From an uncultured Anaerolinea sp. (GTDB lineage: Bacteria; Chloroflexota; Anaerolineae; Anaerolineales; UBA4823): a DNA stretch of 64,000 nt. A program made the translations under genes and the position numbers. Under the pieces are notes generated by a model. The model saw only the letters and a list, made by a program, of their open reading frames with translations. It ran no database searches and was not told the DNA's origin. How positions within the stretch are numbered: the stretch's first letter is position 1; the number at the start of each line of letters is the position of its first letter. Below, piece by piece: positions 44,524-53,043 of the stretch. Where the stretch lies: positions 2,101-66,100 of the forward strand of contig CAZDAU010000001.1 of assembly GCA_964503625.1 (NCBI GenBank). Direction: 5' to 3'.

Positions 44524-44865
44524 CTACACAGCAGCAGAAGGTTCTTCCCCTTCAGCCGCTTCCGAAGGTTTGCTACCCGCAACTTTCTCACGGGTCAGGC
44601 GAACAAGCTCATCGGTGCGGTAGCGCACTTCTTCCAGGGACTGGTCGGCGCGGGCGCGGGCGTCATCCAGCGCAGCAACGGCGCGGGCGCGGGCATCTTG
44701 GCCATACTCTACGGCGCGGTCTCTCAGTTCGATGCTTTTATCATGGATCATTGTGCGCGTTTCTTCACCCGACTGCGGGGCTAGAAGCAGAGCAACAGCG
44801 GCTCCCACCAGGCCGCCGACGATCAGGCCAGCAAAAAATGTGCCAAAATCATTATTGTCAGACAT
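44524..44865 (-). CDS. YtxH-domain protein
   Basis: 113 aa. FGTFFAGLIVGGLVGAAVALLLAPQSGEETR followed by a coiled helical region. Confidence 0.75.
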   Translation of the reverse strand: MSDNNDFGTFFAGLIVGGLVGAAVALLLAPQSGEETRTMIHDKSIELRDRAVEYGQDARARAVAALDDARARADQSLEEVRYRTDELVRLTREKVAGSKPSEAAEGEEPSAAV

Positions 44866-44886
44866 ATTACACTCTCCTCATGAGGT

Positions 44887-45405
44887 TTATTTTCTCGATC
44901 TCTTCGTCAGACCTAAGATCAGCAACAATTGGCTAATCCCTGCAGTGTACTCATTCAGCTTGATCAGCGGCTCAACCAGGTTATCGCTTAAAAAGTTGGT
45001 AGTGCCGCGCAGGTTGTTCAATGTTTCGTTGGTTGAGTCCAGGATAGGCTTGATCTCATTCTGCAACAGGTTGGTCAATCGCGCCAATTGGATCATCAGG
45101 ATTACCAGGGTCAAGCCTGTCAAAATGGATACCAGCGCCATGAAAATGATGAACACATCCCGAATTTTTGCGGTGTCCGTCGTCGGTTGTAACAGGTAAA
45201 TTGTGGTAATGATCACCACAACCAGCAAGATGAGGAGCGCAATAATAACGCCAACCACTGCCCGCTTTTGCTCTGGAGTCAGCTCGGTAGTTTCCGGTAG
45301 CTGATCCATCCCTTCCGGCGGTTGATTCGGTTGAGATTGGCCAGGCTCAAGCTGGTAAGAGGGGATTTCATCCATTGTCATTTGATTATACCCTGTCCTC
45401 GCCAA
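44887..45405 (-). CDS. membrane protein with DUF948-like helical domain
   Basis: 172 aa with two TM helices, then LARLTNLLQNEIKPILDSTNETLNNLRGTTNFLSDNLVEPLIKLNE. YtxH adjacency is the usual arrangement. Confidence 0.5.
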   Translation of the reverse strand: MARTGYNQMTMDEIPSYQLEPGQSQPNQPPEGMDQLPETTELTPEQKRAVVGVIIALLILLVVVIITTIYLLQPTTDTAKIRDVFIIFMALVSILTGLTLVILMIQLARLTNLLQNEIKPILDSTNETLNNLRGTTNFLSDNLVEPLIKLNEYTAGISQLLLILGLTKRSRK

Positions 45406-45456
45406 AACATTAATAGATTGTGCGATGAATTTGAAGGTTGATTTACCCGCCCTGGT

Positions 45457-46044
45457 TCAGGCGCGATCCTGTGGCGTTTCCTGAACCAGCGACTCAATCC
45501 GTTGCAACACCCAACCCAACTCGGTGACCAGCGGCGATTCGCCCCTGGAGCGGAACACGAACAGCAGGCTGCGATAATACCATAAGGTGCCTTCTTTGCC
45601 GCCGTTGAAACGCGCCCAGACATCCTCGCCGCTGCGCAGCAGGTCGGTCAGGATCGAGCGGGCGTTGTGCAACTTATCCGCAAGGGAAACCCGGCGCACA
45701 TCTTCAGGGGCCATTCTTAAGTGCTCCAGGTAATTCTCCTTACGCTGCCGCCAGGGCGGCTTTGGCATTTCGTAGGTGTCGGTGCAGCCATGGACGATAT
45801 CGGCGACGCGATCACCAAAACGTTGGCGGATGGCCTCCAGCGTATCCAGGCCGCCCTGATCTTCCGGGGCATCGTGGAGCAAGGCAGCGATGGCCTGCTC
45901 TTCATCGCCGCCATCTTCCAGAACCAGAGACGCCACTGCAAGCAGGTGAGCGATATAAGGCGTGTCAGAACCTTTGCGCTGCTGATCGCCATGCAGCTCA
46001 AGGGCATAATCCAGGGCTTCTTTGAAACGCTGAGTCAGTAGCAT
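45457..46044 (-). CDS. HD-domain phosphohydrolase
   Basis: 195 aa. ALELHGDQQRKGSDTPYIAHLLAVASLV...LLHDAPED. Confidence 0.75.
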   Translation of the reverse strand: MLLTQRFKEALDYALELHGDQQRKGSDTPYIAHLLAVASLVLEDGGDEEQAIAALLHDAPEDQGGLDTLEAIRQRFGDRVADIVHGCTDTYEMPKPPWRQRKENYLEHLRMAPEDVRRVSLADKLHNARSILTDLLRSGEDVWARFNGGKEGTLWYYRSLLFVFRSRGESPLVTELGWVLQRIESLVQETPQDRA

Positions 46045-46049
46045 GGCGC

Positions 46050-46463
46050 TCAGGGGATAATCTCAAAGTCACTGGTGATCGGCACACCAGGGCGCAGCGT
46101 GCTGACCACTGAGCAATATTTGTCCTCCGAAAGGTGTATTGCCCGCTCCAGCTTTTCCGGATTGACTGCGCCAAACACCCGGTAGTGCAGATGGATGCAG
46201 GTAAAAGTATAAGGCGGGTCGCTCAACTGATCGCCATTGCAAATGATTTTCAGGTCACGAAGCGGCTCGCGCTGCTTCGTGAGTATCTCAACCACATCGT
46301 AGGCCGAACAGGACGCCACCGCCATCAGTAACAGGTCGGAAGGCTTAACGCCAACCCATTGGAATTGTGGGTCTGGCGAGCGACCCACAACAATCGAATG
46401 CCCATTGGTGTCGCTAACAACCATCATTTTGTCTTCGACCCAACGCAGTGTAATGGCTCCCAT
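46050..46463 (-). CDS. OsmC-family peroxiredoxin-like protein
   Basis: 137 aa from ATG 46463 (AAGAGG SD). Two conserved Cys contexts are present, MAVASCSAYD and SEDKYCSVV. Confidence 0.8.
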   Translation of the reverse strand: MGAITLRWVEDKMMVVSDTNGHSIVVGRSPDPQFQWVGVKPSDLLLMAVASCSAYDVVEILTKQREPLRDLKIICNGDQLSDPPYTFTCIHLHYRVFGAVNPEKLERAIHLSEDKYCSVVSTLRPGVPITSDFEIIP

Positions 46464-46503
46464 GGTTTCTACCTCTTTTCCTGTCTTTTGGATTTCGGTC
46501 CAG

Positions 46504-48498
46504 TTATGTCTGGCTGCCTTCTTCAAGAATGGCTTCAATTTGCTCTGCAACGCGAGCGTTCTCGGGATACTCAGCCCGGCTGAGCATTAACTGGTTGGCA
46601 ATCCGTCGTAACACACTGGGGTTGATCTGCGCCAGGTCAGAGGTGACTCTGTGCCATAGCTTGCGCAATTCGGCGCTCGGGTGCGTGGCAGCATAAACAG
46701 CAATCTGGGCTGGCGAAGACATGCTCAGATTCCAGGCGCTGACGTTAATATCCAATTCGCGCCCTGTGTTGGACCAGAAATAAGCCAACATGGGGTTGAT
46801 CAGCCCACGCATCCTCCCCCACAAGGGATCATCTTCTTGAACCAGGGCAAAAAAGGCCAGGTAATAGGGGCGTGCACCGGCGTAATCGCGGTTGACCTGA
46901 GACAGCTTGCCAGCAATCGCTGAGGCGTAAGAAGCCATGTACCAGCGCAGGTCTTCCAGTGAAGCCCCCGGCTCGCCCATCTCCACTGCATCCCACTGCA
47001 ATCGGCAAGCCAACAGATAGGTGTTGCTGGATGCCGCAAAATCTTGCGAGCGTTGTACCATGGCCTTCTTGGCCAGCGAGCGAGCAGTCTCTGCGCCTGG
47101 TTGCAGACCATCGGGGATCGTCACCTGCTCAATATCTCGGCACAGAATCCGCAACGCCGGATCATCTGCAAAAGGGATATTGCCGCTGCCAGGCAACGAG
47201 TACCGCTTATTGCGATAGGTGATCATGCCGCGGTTCTTTAAATCTTCAAGCAGGGATTGAATATAGTCGCCCTGATTGCGGTCGTTGAGCAATAAATAGG
47301 CCAGCTCAGAAGGTTCGATTTCCATGCCGGAGCGGACCAAAGCATAAACAAAATCCGACTCAGCGCGGCCGACAAAACTGGCTTCGCTCTCGATGCCAGG
47401 CGCAAGTTTCACCGGCGCGTAGGGTGAAACGGGCTGGTCGATGTAATCAAATGCACCCTGGCGGAAAGCAAGCTGCAGCGTTTCACGCAGCACAGACTTA
47501 TTGCGGATCAGGCCGGCGACCTCATAGCGCTCTTCCAACATGTCGAGCAGCTCTTCGGTGGTCTGCTCGCCCGGATGATCGCTCAACTCGCGATAGATAT
47601 CGCGCAGGATATCGCGACGAAGGTTAAGATCCAGACTGGTCATTTTCATTCGGGTGAATGCCTGGCGGTATTGGGCTTCAAGCGAAACGCGCTGCTGGGG
47701 GACTCTTTCAACCTTAGAGGGAATCGGTTGAGCAGACCGATCATCTTCTCCAGGCATCACCTCCAGATAATCCGGGGCAATATAGTCAACCGGCGCAACA
47801 TATAGCTGCAGATCCTTGAGGAACAGTTTTGCCAGGTCGCGATGCTCTTCCAGCCAGGATTTAAATTGGGGGTAGCCCAGATTCGCCTCATTGAACGCTG
47901 GATCCATCAACAACATGGTTTGCTTCAGCCGCGTAGCCAGCACCGGAAGATCGCCGCGCTGCCCGTGGGCTTTCAGCGCCTTCTCCAACAGGTTGCGTGC
48001 CTGCTCAATCTCGGCGCAGGAGCGTTCATCTGCATCCGCAGCCTCCCCCAGAGCCGTCTCCAGGTAGATAAACTCATCACAGGAGCGAACCAGCAGGTTA
48101 TGGGTGACGCCGCGCGGACCGATACCAATGGTATAACGGCCGTATTCACGCAGCTTGGCAGCCAGCGGGCTGAAATCGCTGTCGCCTGAAACAATCACAT
48201 ATGTGTGAATTTGCGGCCGGGTGAGAGCAATCTCAAAAGCATCGATTGCCATCCGGATATCGGCGCGGTTTTTTCCCGAGCGCACGCTGTAGATCTGGAT
48301 CAAGTCAATCGAGTTGTTCATCATGCTATCGCGATAGCGGGTGAAACGGGACCAATCAGCATAAGCTCGCTTGACTACAGCCGGGCCACGGGTTTGAAGC
48401 GACTCGATCAGATCTGTAATTTCAAAATCAAAGAATTCACGTTCAGCCCAAAGGGCGATATTTTCAAAGTCAATGAAAATCGCCAGTTGCTCACTCAT
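46504..48498 (-). CDS. NYN (LabA/limkain-b1-type) ribonuclease-fold protein with LOTUS/OST-HTH-like domain and ~400-aa uncharacterised C-terminal region
   Basis: 664 aa. NYN: LAIFIDFENIA...VKRAYADW...GKNRADIRMAIDA...YVIVSGDSDFSPLAAKLREYG. LOTUS-like: LEKALKAHGQRGDLPVLATRLKQTMLLMDPAFNEANLGYPQFKSWLEEH. Confidence 0.75.
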   Translation of the reverse strand: MSEQLAIFIDFENIALWAEREFFDFEITDLIESLQTRGPAVVKRAYADWSRFTRYRDSMMNNSIDLIQIYSVRSGKNRADIRMAIDAFEIALTRPQIHTYVIVSGDSDFSPLAAKLREYGRYTIGIGPRGVTHNLLVRSCDEFIYLETALGEAADADERSCAEIEQARNLLEKALKAHGQRGDLPVLATRLKQTMLLMDPAFNEANLGYPQFKSWLEEHRDLAKLFLKDLQLYVAPVDYIAPDYLEVMPGEDDRSAQPIPSKVERVPQQRVSLEAQYRQAFTRMKMTSLDLNLRRDILRDIYRELSDHPGEQTTEELLDMLEERYEVAGLIRNKSVLRETLQLAFRQGAFDYIDQPVSPYAPVKLAPGIESEASFVGRAESDFVYALVRSGMEIEPSELAYLLLNDRNQGDYIQSLLEDLKNRGMITYRNKRYSLPGSGNIPFADDPALRILCRDIEQVTIPDGLQPGAETARSLAKKAMVQRSQDFAASSNTYLLACRLQWDAVEMGEPGASLEDLRWYMASYASAIAGKLSQVNRDYAGARPYYLAFFALVQEDDPLWGRMRGLINPMLAYFWSNTGRELDINVSAWNLSMSSPAQIAVYAATHPSAELRKLWHRVTSDLAQINPSVLRRIANQLMLSRAEYPENARVAEQIEAILEEGSQT

Positions 48499-48622
48499 TT
48501 ACAGGCTCCTTTTGTTTTTTTGGGGTCTTGCGCCGGGATGCCACCCACAATGACCCAGCAGTTATCCCAACTTTTTGTTTTTACCGGACGTTTTTAGATC
48601 ACCTTTGGCGACAGCCCAATGT

Positions 48623-49651
48623 TTAGAGGCCCCAAAATCGCCTTGCAGCAGACAATACGGGTTGCCAGGCCATGCTTTCCTGATAAGGCGCAGACCCCAG
48701 CGGGTCTTGCCAGGGTAAATTGAGCAACGCAGCCACCGCTGCCAAAACACAGGCTTGGGCCGCATCCAGATCATACCCCCCTTCCAGGAAAAGCGCAATC
48801 TTTCCTGCGCAGTTGTCATCTGCCCAATGGGTCAGACGGGCAATCAAATCGCCGTAGCCGCCAGCAGAGAGACCCAGGCTTCCCAGCGGATCGCGCCAGT
48901 GGGTGTCAAAACCAACGCTAACCAGGAGCATCTGTGGGGCAAAGCGGTCAAGCAACGGCAAGATCAGGGTATCCATGGCGGTCCGAAAACCCTGGTCGCC
49001 CGTGTACGGCGGCAGGGGCAAATTAACCGTCAAACCCTCCCCCGGTCCGGCGCCAATCTCATCCACCGAGCCGGTGCCAGGGTAAAGCGGCGATTGGTGG
49101 GCGGAAATATAAAGAACATCCCCGCGCGACCAGAAGATATCCTGGGTGCCGTTGCCGTGATGTAAATCCAGGTCGATGATCGCCAGCCGCGTCGCCCCAA
49201 CCGGAGAAGCAATCAAATAAGACGCTGCGATTGCCACATTGTTAAGCAAGCAAAAACCCATTCCACGGCGCTGCGTGGCGTGATGCCCTGGAGGCCGAGT
49301 CAGGGCAAAGCCGCGGCGGTTATCTCCCCGCCAGACAGATTGCGCTAAAGCGGCGGCGCCCCCGGCAGCATTCAAGGCAAGCTGCCAGGACGCCGCGGTG
49401 GTATAGGTATCGCCGTCCAGCCACACAGAATCCTGGCAGGCCCGCTGAAGCATGTCCAGGTAAGCAGGCTGGTGTGCCAAAGCCAGCTCAGCCCGCGTCA
49501 ACGGCAGCGGATCGATGTGGGGATACTGGCTCCACCAACTGGCGACCTCCAACGCCCGGCGGATGGCTTCAACGCGCTCGGGGCGCTCAGGATGGCCAGC
49601 AGCGTAATGAGCTGCATGCCCTTCAGGGTAAAAATAAACAAGCTCAGCCAT
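48623..49651 (-). CDS. histone deacetylase-family (class II HDAC/AcuC/acetylpolyamine amidohydrolase-like) enzyme
   Basis: 342 aa. RPPGHHA, IIDLDLHHGNGTQ, GFDTHWRDPLG, EGGY. Confidence 0.85.
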   Translation of the reverse strand: MAELVYFYPEGHAAHYAAGHPERPERVEAIRRALEVASWWSQYPHIDPLPLTRAELALAHQPAYLDMLQRACQDSVWLDGDTYTTAASWQLALNAAGGAAALAQSVWRGDNRRGFALTRPPGHHATQRRGMGFCLLNNVAIAASYLIASPVGATRLAIIDLDLHHGNGTQDIFWSRGDVLYISAHQSPLYPGTGSVDEIGAGPGEGLTVNLPLPPYTGDQGFRTAMDTLILPLLDRFAPQMLLVSVGFDTHWRDPLGSLGLSAGGYGDLIARLTHWADDNCAGKIALFLEGGYDLDAAQACVLAAVAALLNLPWQDPLGSAPYQESMAWQPVLSAARRFWGL

Positions 49652-50375
49652 AGAGCGCCTGGTAAGCTGGATGGTCTTTCAACCCCACCAGGTCGGGATC
49701 CTGCTTCGACCACTCGTTTAGATCGGGGGCTAATTGCAGCGCTTCGCCCAAATTGGCCAGGGCTTTTTCTACCTGGCCAGAAAGCGCCTGGACGCAGGCC
49801 AGGTTATAAATGTGGAGGCCACGCCAGGCAGGCGAGTCATCCAGCTCCAGCAGGCGCGCCACACACGTCTCCTGCAGCCGAATCGCCTCGTCCAGGTTGC
49901 CTTCAGCAATATGATAGTAGCTCAAATGCAGGATGGGATGCTCCACCGCAGTCCCGACCAGCATACGCCAGAGAGGACGACCCTCGCGCCAGGGAATACG
50001 TCTGGTGTCAGCCAATTCATCGAGTGTGGCAGCCTGGACATGGTTGTTAAGCTGTGTAAAAGATTGCCCCAGTTTTGAATTGACGTCCTCCCAGGAAAGA
50101 GCCTGGTACTGCCGGTAAATTTCGGCATTGGTTTCATCAATATGATCATAGCTGGCAGGTACCTGATGCGGAGCATCTGGCAACTGACTTGCAAGATTCA
50201 GATCATTCACCAGACGAGCCACCCACTCCGTGAGATGCCCAATCACATCCTTAGCAGACCAATGCTCGAATGAACCAACCGCTGTCCGCTGATCATCGCT
50301 CAAGGAAGTGATAAAGCCGCGTACCTCTGCCTGTCCGTAGGCGAGTACAAGCACCAATTTGTCTTTATTAACCAT
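49644..50375 (-). CDS. DinB/ClbS-like four-helix-bundle domain fused to TPR-like C-terminus
   Basis: 243 aa. HWSAKDVIGHLTEWVARL... and C-terminal NLACVQALSGQVEKALANLGEALQLAPDLNEWSKQDPDL. Its stop overlaps the HDAC start by 8 nt. Confidence 0.55.
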   Translation of the reverse strand: MVNKDKLVLVLAYGQAEVRGFITSLSDDQRTAVGSFEHWSAKDVIGHLTEWVARLVNDLNLASQLPDAPHQVPASYDHIDETNAEIYRQYQALSWEDVNSKLGQSFTQLNNHVQAATLDELADTRRIPWREGRPLWRMLVGTAVEHPILHLSYYHIAEGNLDEAIRLQETCVARLLELDDSPAWRGLHIYNLACVQALSGQVEKALANLGEALQLAPDLNEWSKQDPDLVGLKDHPAYQALYG

Positions 50376-50506
50376 GTTCTGGGGACCTCTGCTTGGCCCT
50401 TTAAATTATCGAGTAAAATAGCTTTGCTATAGATTTTACACGATAATCAAGCCGAATGACCGATGGACTGAAAATGCGATTCGATCATTTCGGAACAGGA
50501 GCCAGG

Positions 50507-51226
50507 ATGACTGAACTGCTTTACCAGACCAACAGCTATTTACAGAGTTTTGATGCCAGCGTGGTAGCGCTGGATGAAGACGGGCGTGGGATTGCTCTGG
50601 ACCGTTCAGCATTCTACCCGGGCGGAGGCGGCCAACCGGCGGATAGCGGCATGCTCATCGCGAGCGGGGTTGGCTATGCAATCAAGCGAGCAAAGAAAGT
50701 CGGCGAGTTGGTTTTTCATTATGTAGAAGGTGAAGATCCCCTGCCCGCTATCGGCGAGGCCATCCAGGGACAGGTGAATTGGGAGCGCCGCTACCAGCTC
50801 ATGCGCACGCACACCGCAATGCATGTGTTGTGTGGGGTGATCTTCCGAGATTATGGCGCATCGGTGACCGGTGGGGATATGGATCCGTTGCAGGGGCGAA
50901 TGGATTTTGAGTTCGAAACCATGCAGCGCGAGCTGGTTGATCAGATTCAGGAGGCGGTCAATCTGGAGGTGGCGGCGGCGAGGGAAGTGCGGGTAGCAAT
51001 TTTACCGAGAGAAGAAGCCTTTCAGATCCCTGACCTGATCCGCACCAAAATCAACTTGCTGCCAGAAGGGATACAGCAAGTTCGGGTTGTTGAGATTGTT
51101 GGACTGGACTTGCAGGCGGATGGCGGGACGCATGTTCGCAACACGGCTGAAATTGGCAGCATCCGCGTCGTAGATTACAAGAGCAAAGGCAAGATCAATA
51201 AACGCATCTATATTGCAGTTGAATGA
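50507..51226 (+). CDS. AlaX-type alanyl-tRNA editing (tRNA_SAD) protein
   Basis: 239 aa. YPGGGGQPADSG, HTAMHVLCG (HxxxH), DGGTHV (Asp where CxxxH usually has Cys). AGGAG SD upstream. Confidence 0.7.
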   Translation: MTELLYQTNSYLQSFDASVVALDEDGRGIALDRSAFYPGGGGQPADSGMLIASGVGYAIKRAKKVGELVFHYVEGEDPLPAIGEAIQGQVNWERRYQLMRTHTAMHVLCGVIFRDYGASVTGGDMDPLQGRMDFEFETMQRELVDQIQEAVNLEVAAAREVRVAILPREEAFQIPDLIRTKINLLPEGIQQVRVVEIVGLDLQADGGTHVRNTAEIGSIRVVDYKSKGKINKRIYIAVE

Positions 51227-51248
51227 GCCCAGGCGAGGACTGTAATCC

Positions 51249-52613
51249 ATGAAAGCCGAAGCGGTGATCTGCGGCGCCGGTATTGCCGGGGTGAGTGCTG
51301 CCTATGCGCTGGCGGTGGAAAAAGGAATTCAGGATGTCATTTTGGTGGATGAAGGCGCGCCGCTCAGCCTGACCAGCGACCATTCCACAGAGTGCTATCG
51401 AAACTGGTGGCCTGGGCCTGGGGATGCCATGGTGGCTTTGATGAATCGCAGCATTGAGCGTATGGAGGATCTGGCCCATCGGAGCGGCAACACTTTTCGA
51501 ATGAACCGGCGCGGATACCTTTATTGCACTGCCAGCCCGGAACGGGCTATCGAAATGGAGAAAGCCGGGCAACAGATCTCAGCTCTTGGGGCCGGACCAT
51601 TGCGTGTGCATCGCGGCCGGAAAGACGACCCACCCTACCAACCGGCGCACCCTGAGGAATTTGATCACCAGCCCGACGGAGCCGACCTGCTGCTGGAGCC
51701 GGCGCTGGTCCGGCAAAACTTTCCTTATTTGACCGAGGACGTGGTAGCTGCTTTACATGTGCGGCGGGCGGGCTGGTTCAGCGCTCAGCAGTTGGGTATG
51801 TTTCTGCTGGAGCAGGCCAAAAACAAAGGGGTAAAATTCATCTCTGGAAAAGTCATTGGGGTGGAACAATCCCGGGGCCGGGTAACAGCAATCCGTCTAC
51901 AGAACGGGGAAAAGGTTAACACACCGGTCTTTATCAACGCCGCCGGACCGCACCTGAAGCAAGTCGGCCAGATGTTGGGCGTGGAATTACCGGTGTTCAA
52001 TGAGCTTCACCTCAAGCTGGCCATGCGCGACACGCAGTGCGTGCTGGCTCGCTCAGCCCCGCTGGTGATCTGGTCTGATCCCCAAAAGCTGGAATGGACA
52101 GCCGAAGAACGGGAGTTTTTGAGCGAAGAACCCAATACGCGCATGCTTTTGGGCGAGCTGCCAGCGGGCATCCATACCCGCCCAGATGGTGGAGCCGATA
52201 GCCCAATCATCCTGGTCTTATGGGAGTATCACACCCGCCGGGTTGAACCTGTTTGGCCAATTGATGAGGACCCCCTCTATGCGGAAGTGGTCATGCGTGG
52301 CCTGGCGCGGATGATCCCTGGGATGCGCGTTTACTTACAAAAAGCTGGCAAGCCCCGCATCGATGGCGGTTACTACACCAAGACCCGTGAAAACCGCCCA
52401 TTGATCGGGAAATTACCCGTTGAAGGAGCTTTCGTGATCGGGGCTTTATCCGGTTTTGGGTTGATGGCGGCCTGCGCGGCCGGGGAACTGTTAGCAGAGC
52501 ACGTCACCAGCGGAATATTGCCGGCTTATGCGAGCGCATTTTCCCTGGAACGCTACGACGATCCGGCATATTTGGGCTTTTTAGATGCCTGGGGAGCCTC
52601 AGGCCAGTTATAG
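51249..52613 (+). CDS. FAD-dependent oxidoreductase (DAO family)
   Basis: 454 aa. N-terminal dinucleotide fold AVICGAGIAGVSAAYALA. Confidence 0.75.
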   Translation: MKAEAVICGAGIAGVSAAYALAVEKGIQDVILVDEGAPLSLTSDHSTECYRNWWPGPGDAMVALMNRSIERMEDLAHRSGNTFRMNRRGYLYCTASPERAIEMEKAGQQISALGAGPLRVHRGRKDDPPYQPAHPEEFDHQPDGADLLLEPALVRQNFPYLTEDVVAALHVRRAGWFSAQQLGMFLLEQAKNKGVKFISGKVIGVEQSRGRVTAIRLQNGEKVNTPVFINAAGPHLKQVGQMLGVELPVFNELHLKLAMRDTQCVLARSAPLVIWSDPQKLEWTAEEREFLSEEPNTRMLLGELPAGIHTRPDGGADSPIILVLWEYHTRRVEPVWPIDEDPLYAEVVMRGLARMIPGMRVYLQKAGKPRIDGGYYTKTRENRPLIGKLPVEGAFVIGALSGFGLMAACAAGELLAEHVTSGILPAYASAFSLERYDDPAYLGFLDAWGASGQL

Positions 52614-52644
52614 ACAGAGAACAAGAGTCTAAGGAGGCAGGCAC

Positions 52645-53025
52645 ATGGACGTAATGATCTATATGAGCAGCGGCAGTCAACCGGTTCAATTGATCCAAGA
52701 AAACCTGATTGGAAGGATTGATGACGAGGGGAATGTTTACGAGGTGGAAGGGGAAGATGAAATCTGCCTGGGGTGGATCGACTTTGAGCAGGGAGATGTA
52801 TTCGATGCCGAAGATACACTGATCGGCTGGGTTGAAGATGATGGCACAGTCGTGGCTGTGGACAAAGATGCAGATGAAGAGATTGAGATCGGCTATGTGA
52901 ACGACCAGGGTGCGCTTTACGCCTTTGAAGGCGAAGACGCCGAGGTCTTGGTCGGCCAGTTGCAGAATATGCAGGATCTTGCCGAGGGAGCGGCGGCGCT
53001 TTTGTTCTTCTTAGACATTGAATAG
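52645..53025 (+). CDS. small highly acidic protein with four tandem ~20-aa repeats
   Basis: 126 aa with AAGGAGG SD. Repeats are IGRIDDEGNVYEVEGEDEICL / GWIDFEQGDVFDAEDTL / IGWVEDDGTVVAVDKDADEEIE / IGYVNDQGALYAFEGEDAEVL. No family recognised. Confidence 0.5.
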   Translation: MDVMIYMSSGSQPVQLIQENLIGRIDDEGNVYEVEGEDEICLGWIDFEQGDVFDAEDTLIGWVEDDGTVVAVDKDADEEIEIGYVNDQGALYAFEGEDAEVLVGQLQNMQDLAEGAAALLFFLDIE

Positions 53026-53043
53026 AGTGAGTAACCGCCTAAG

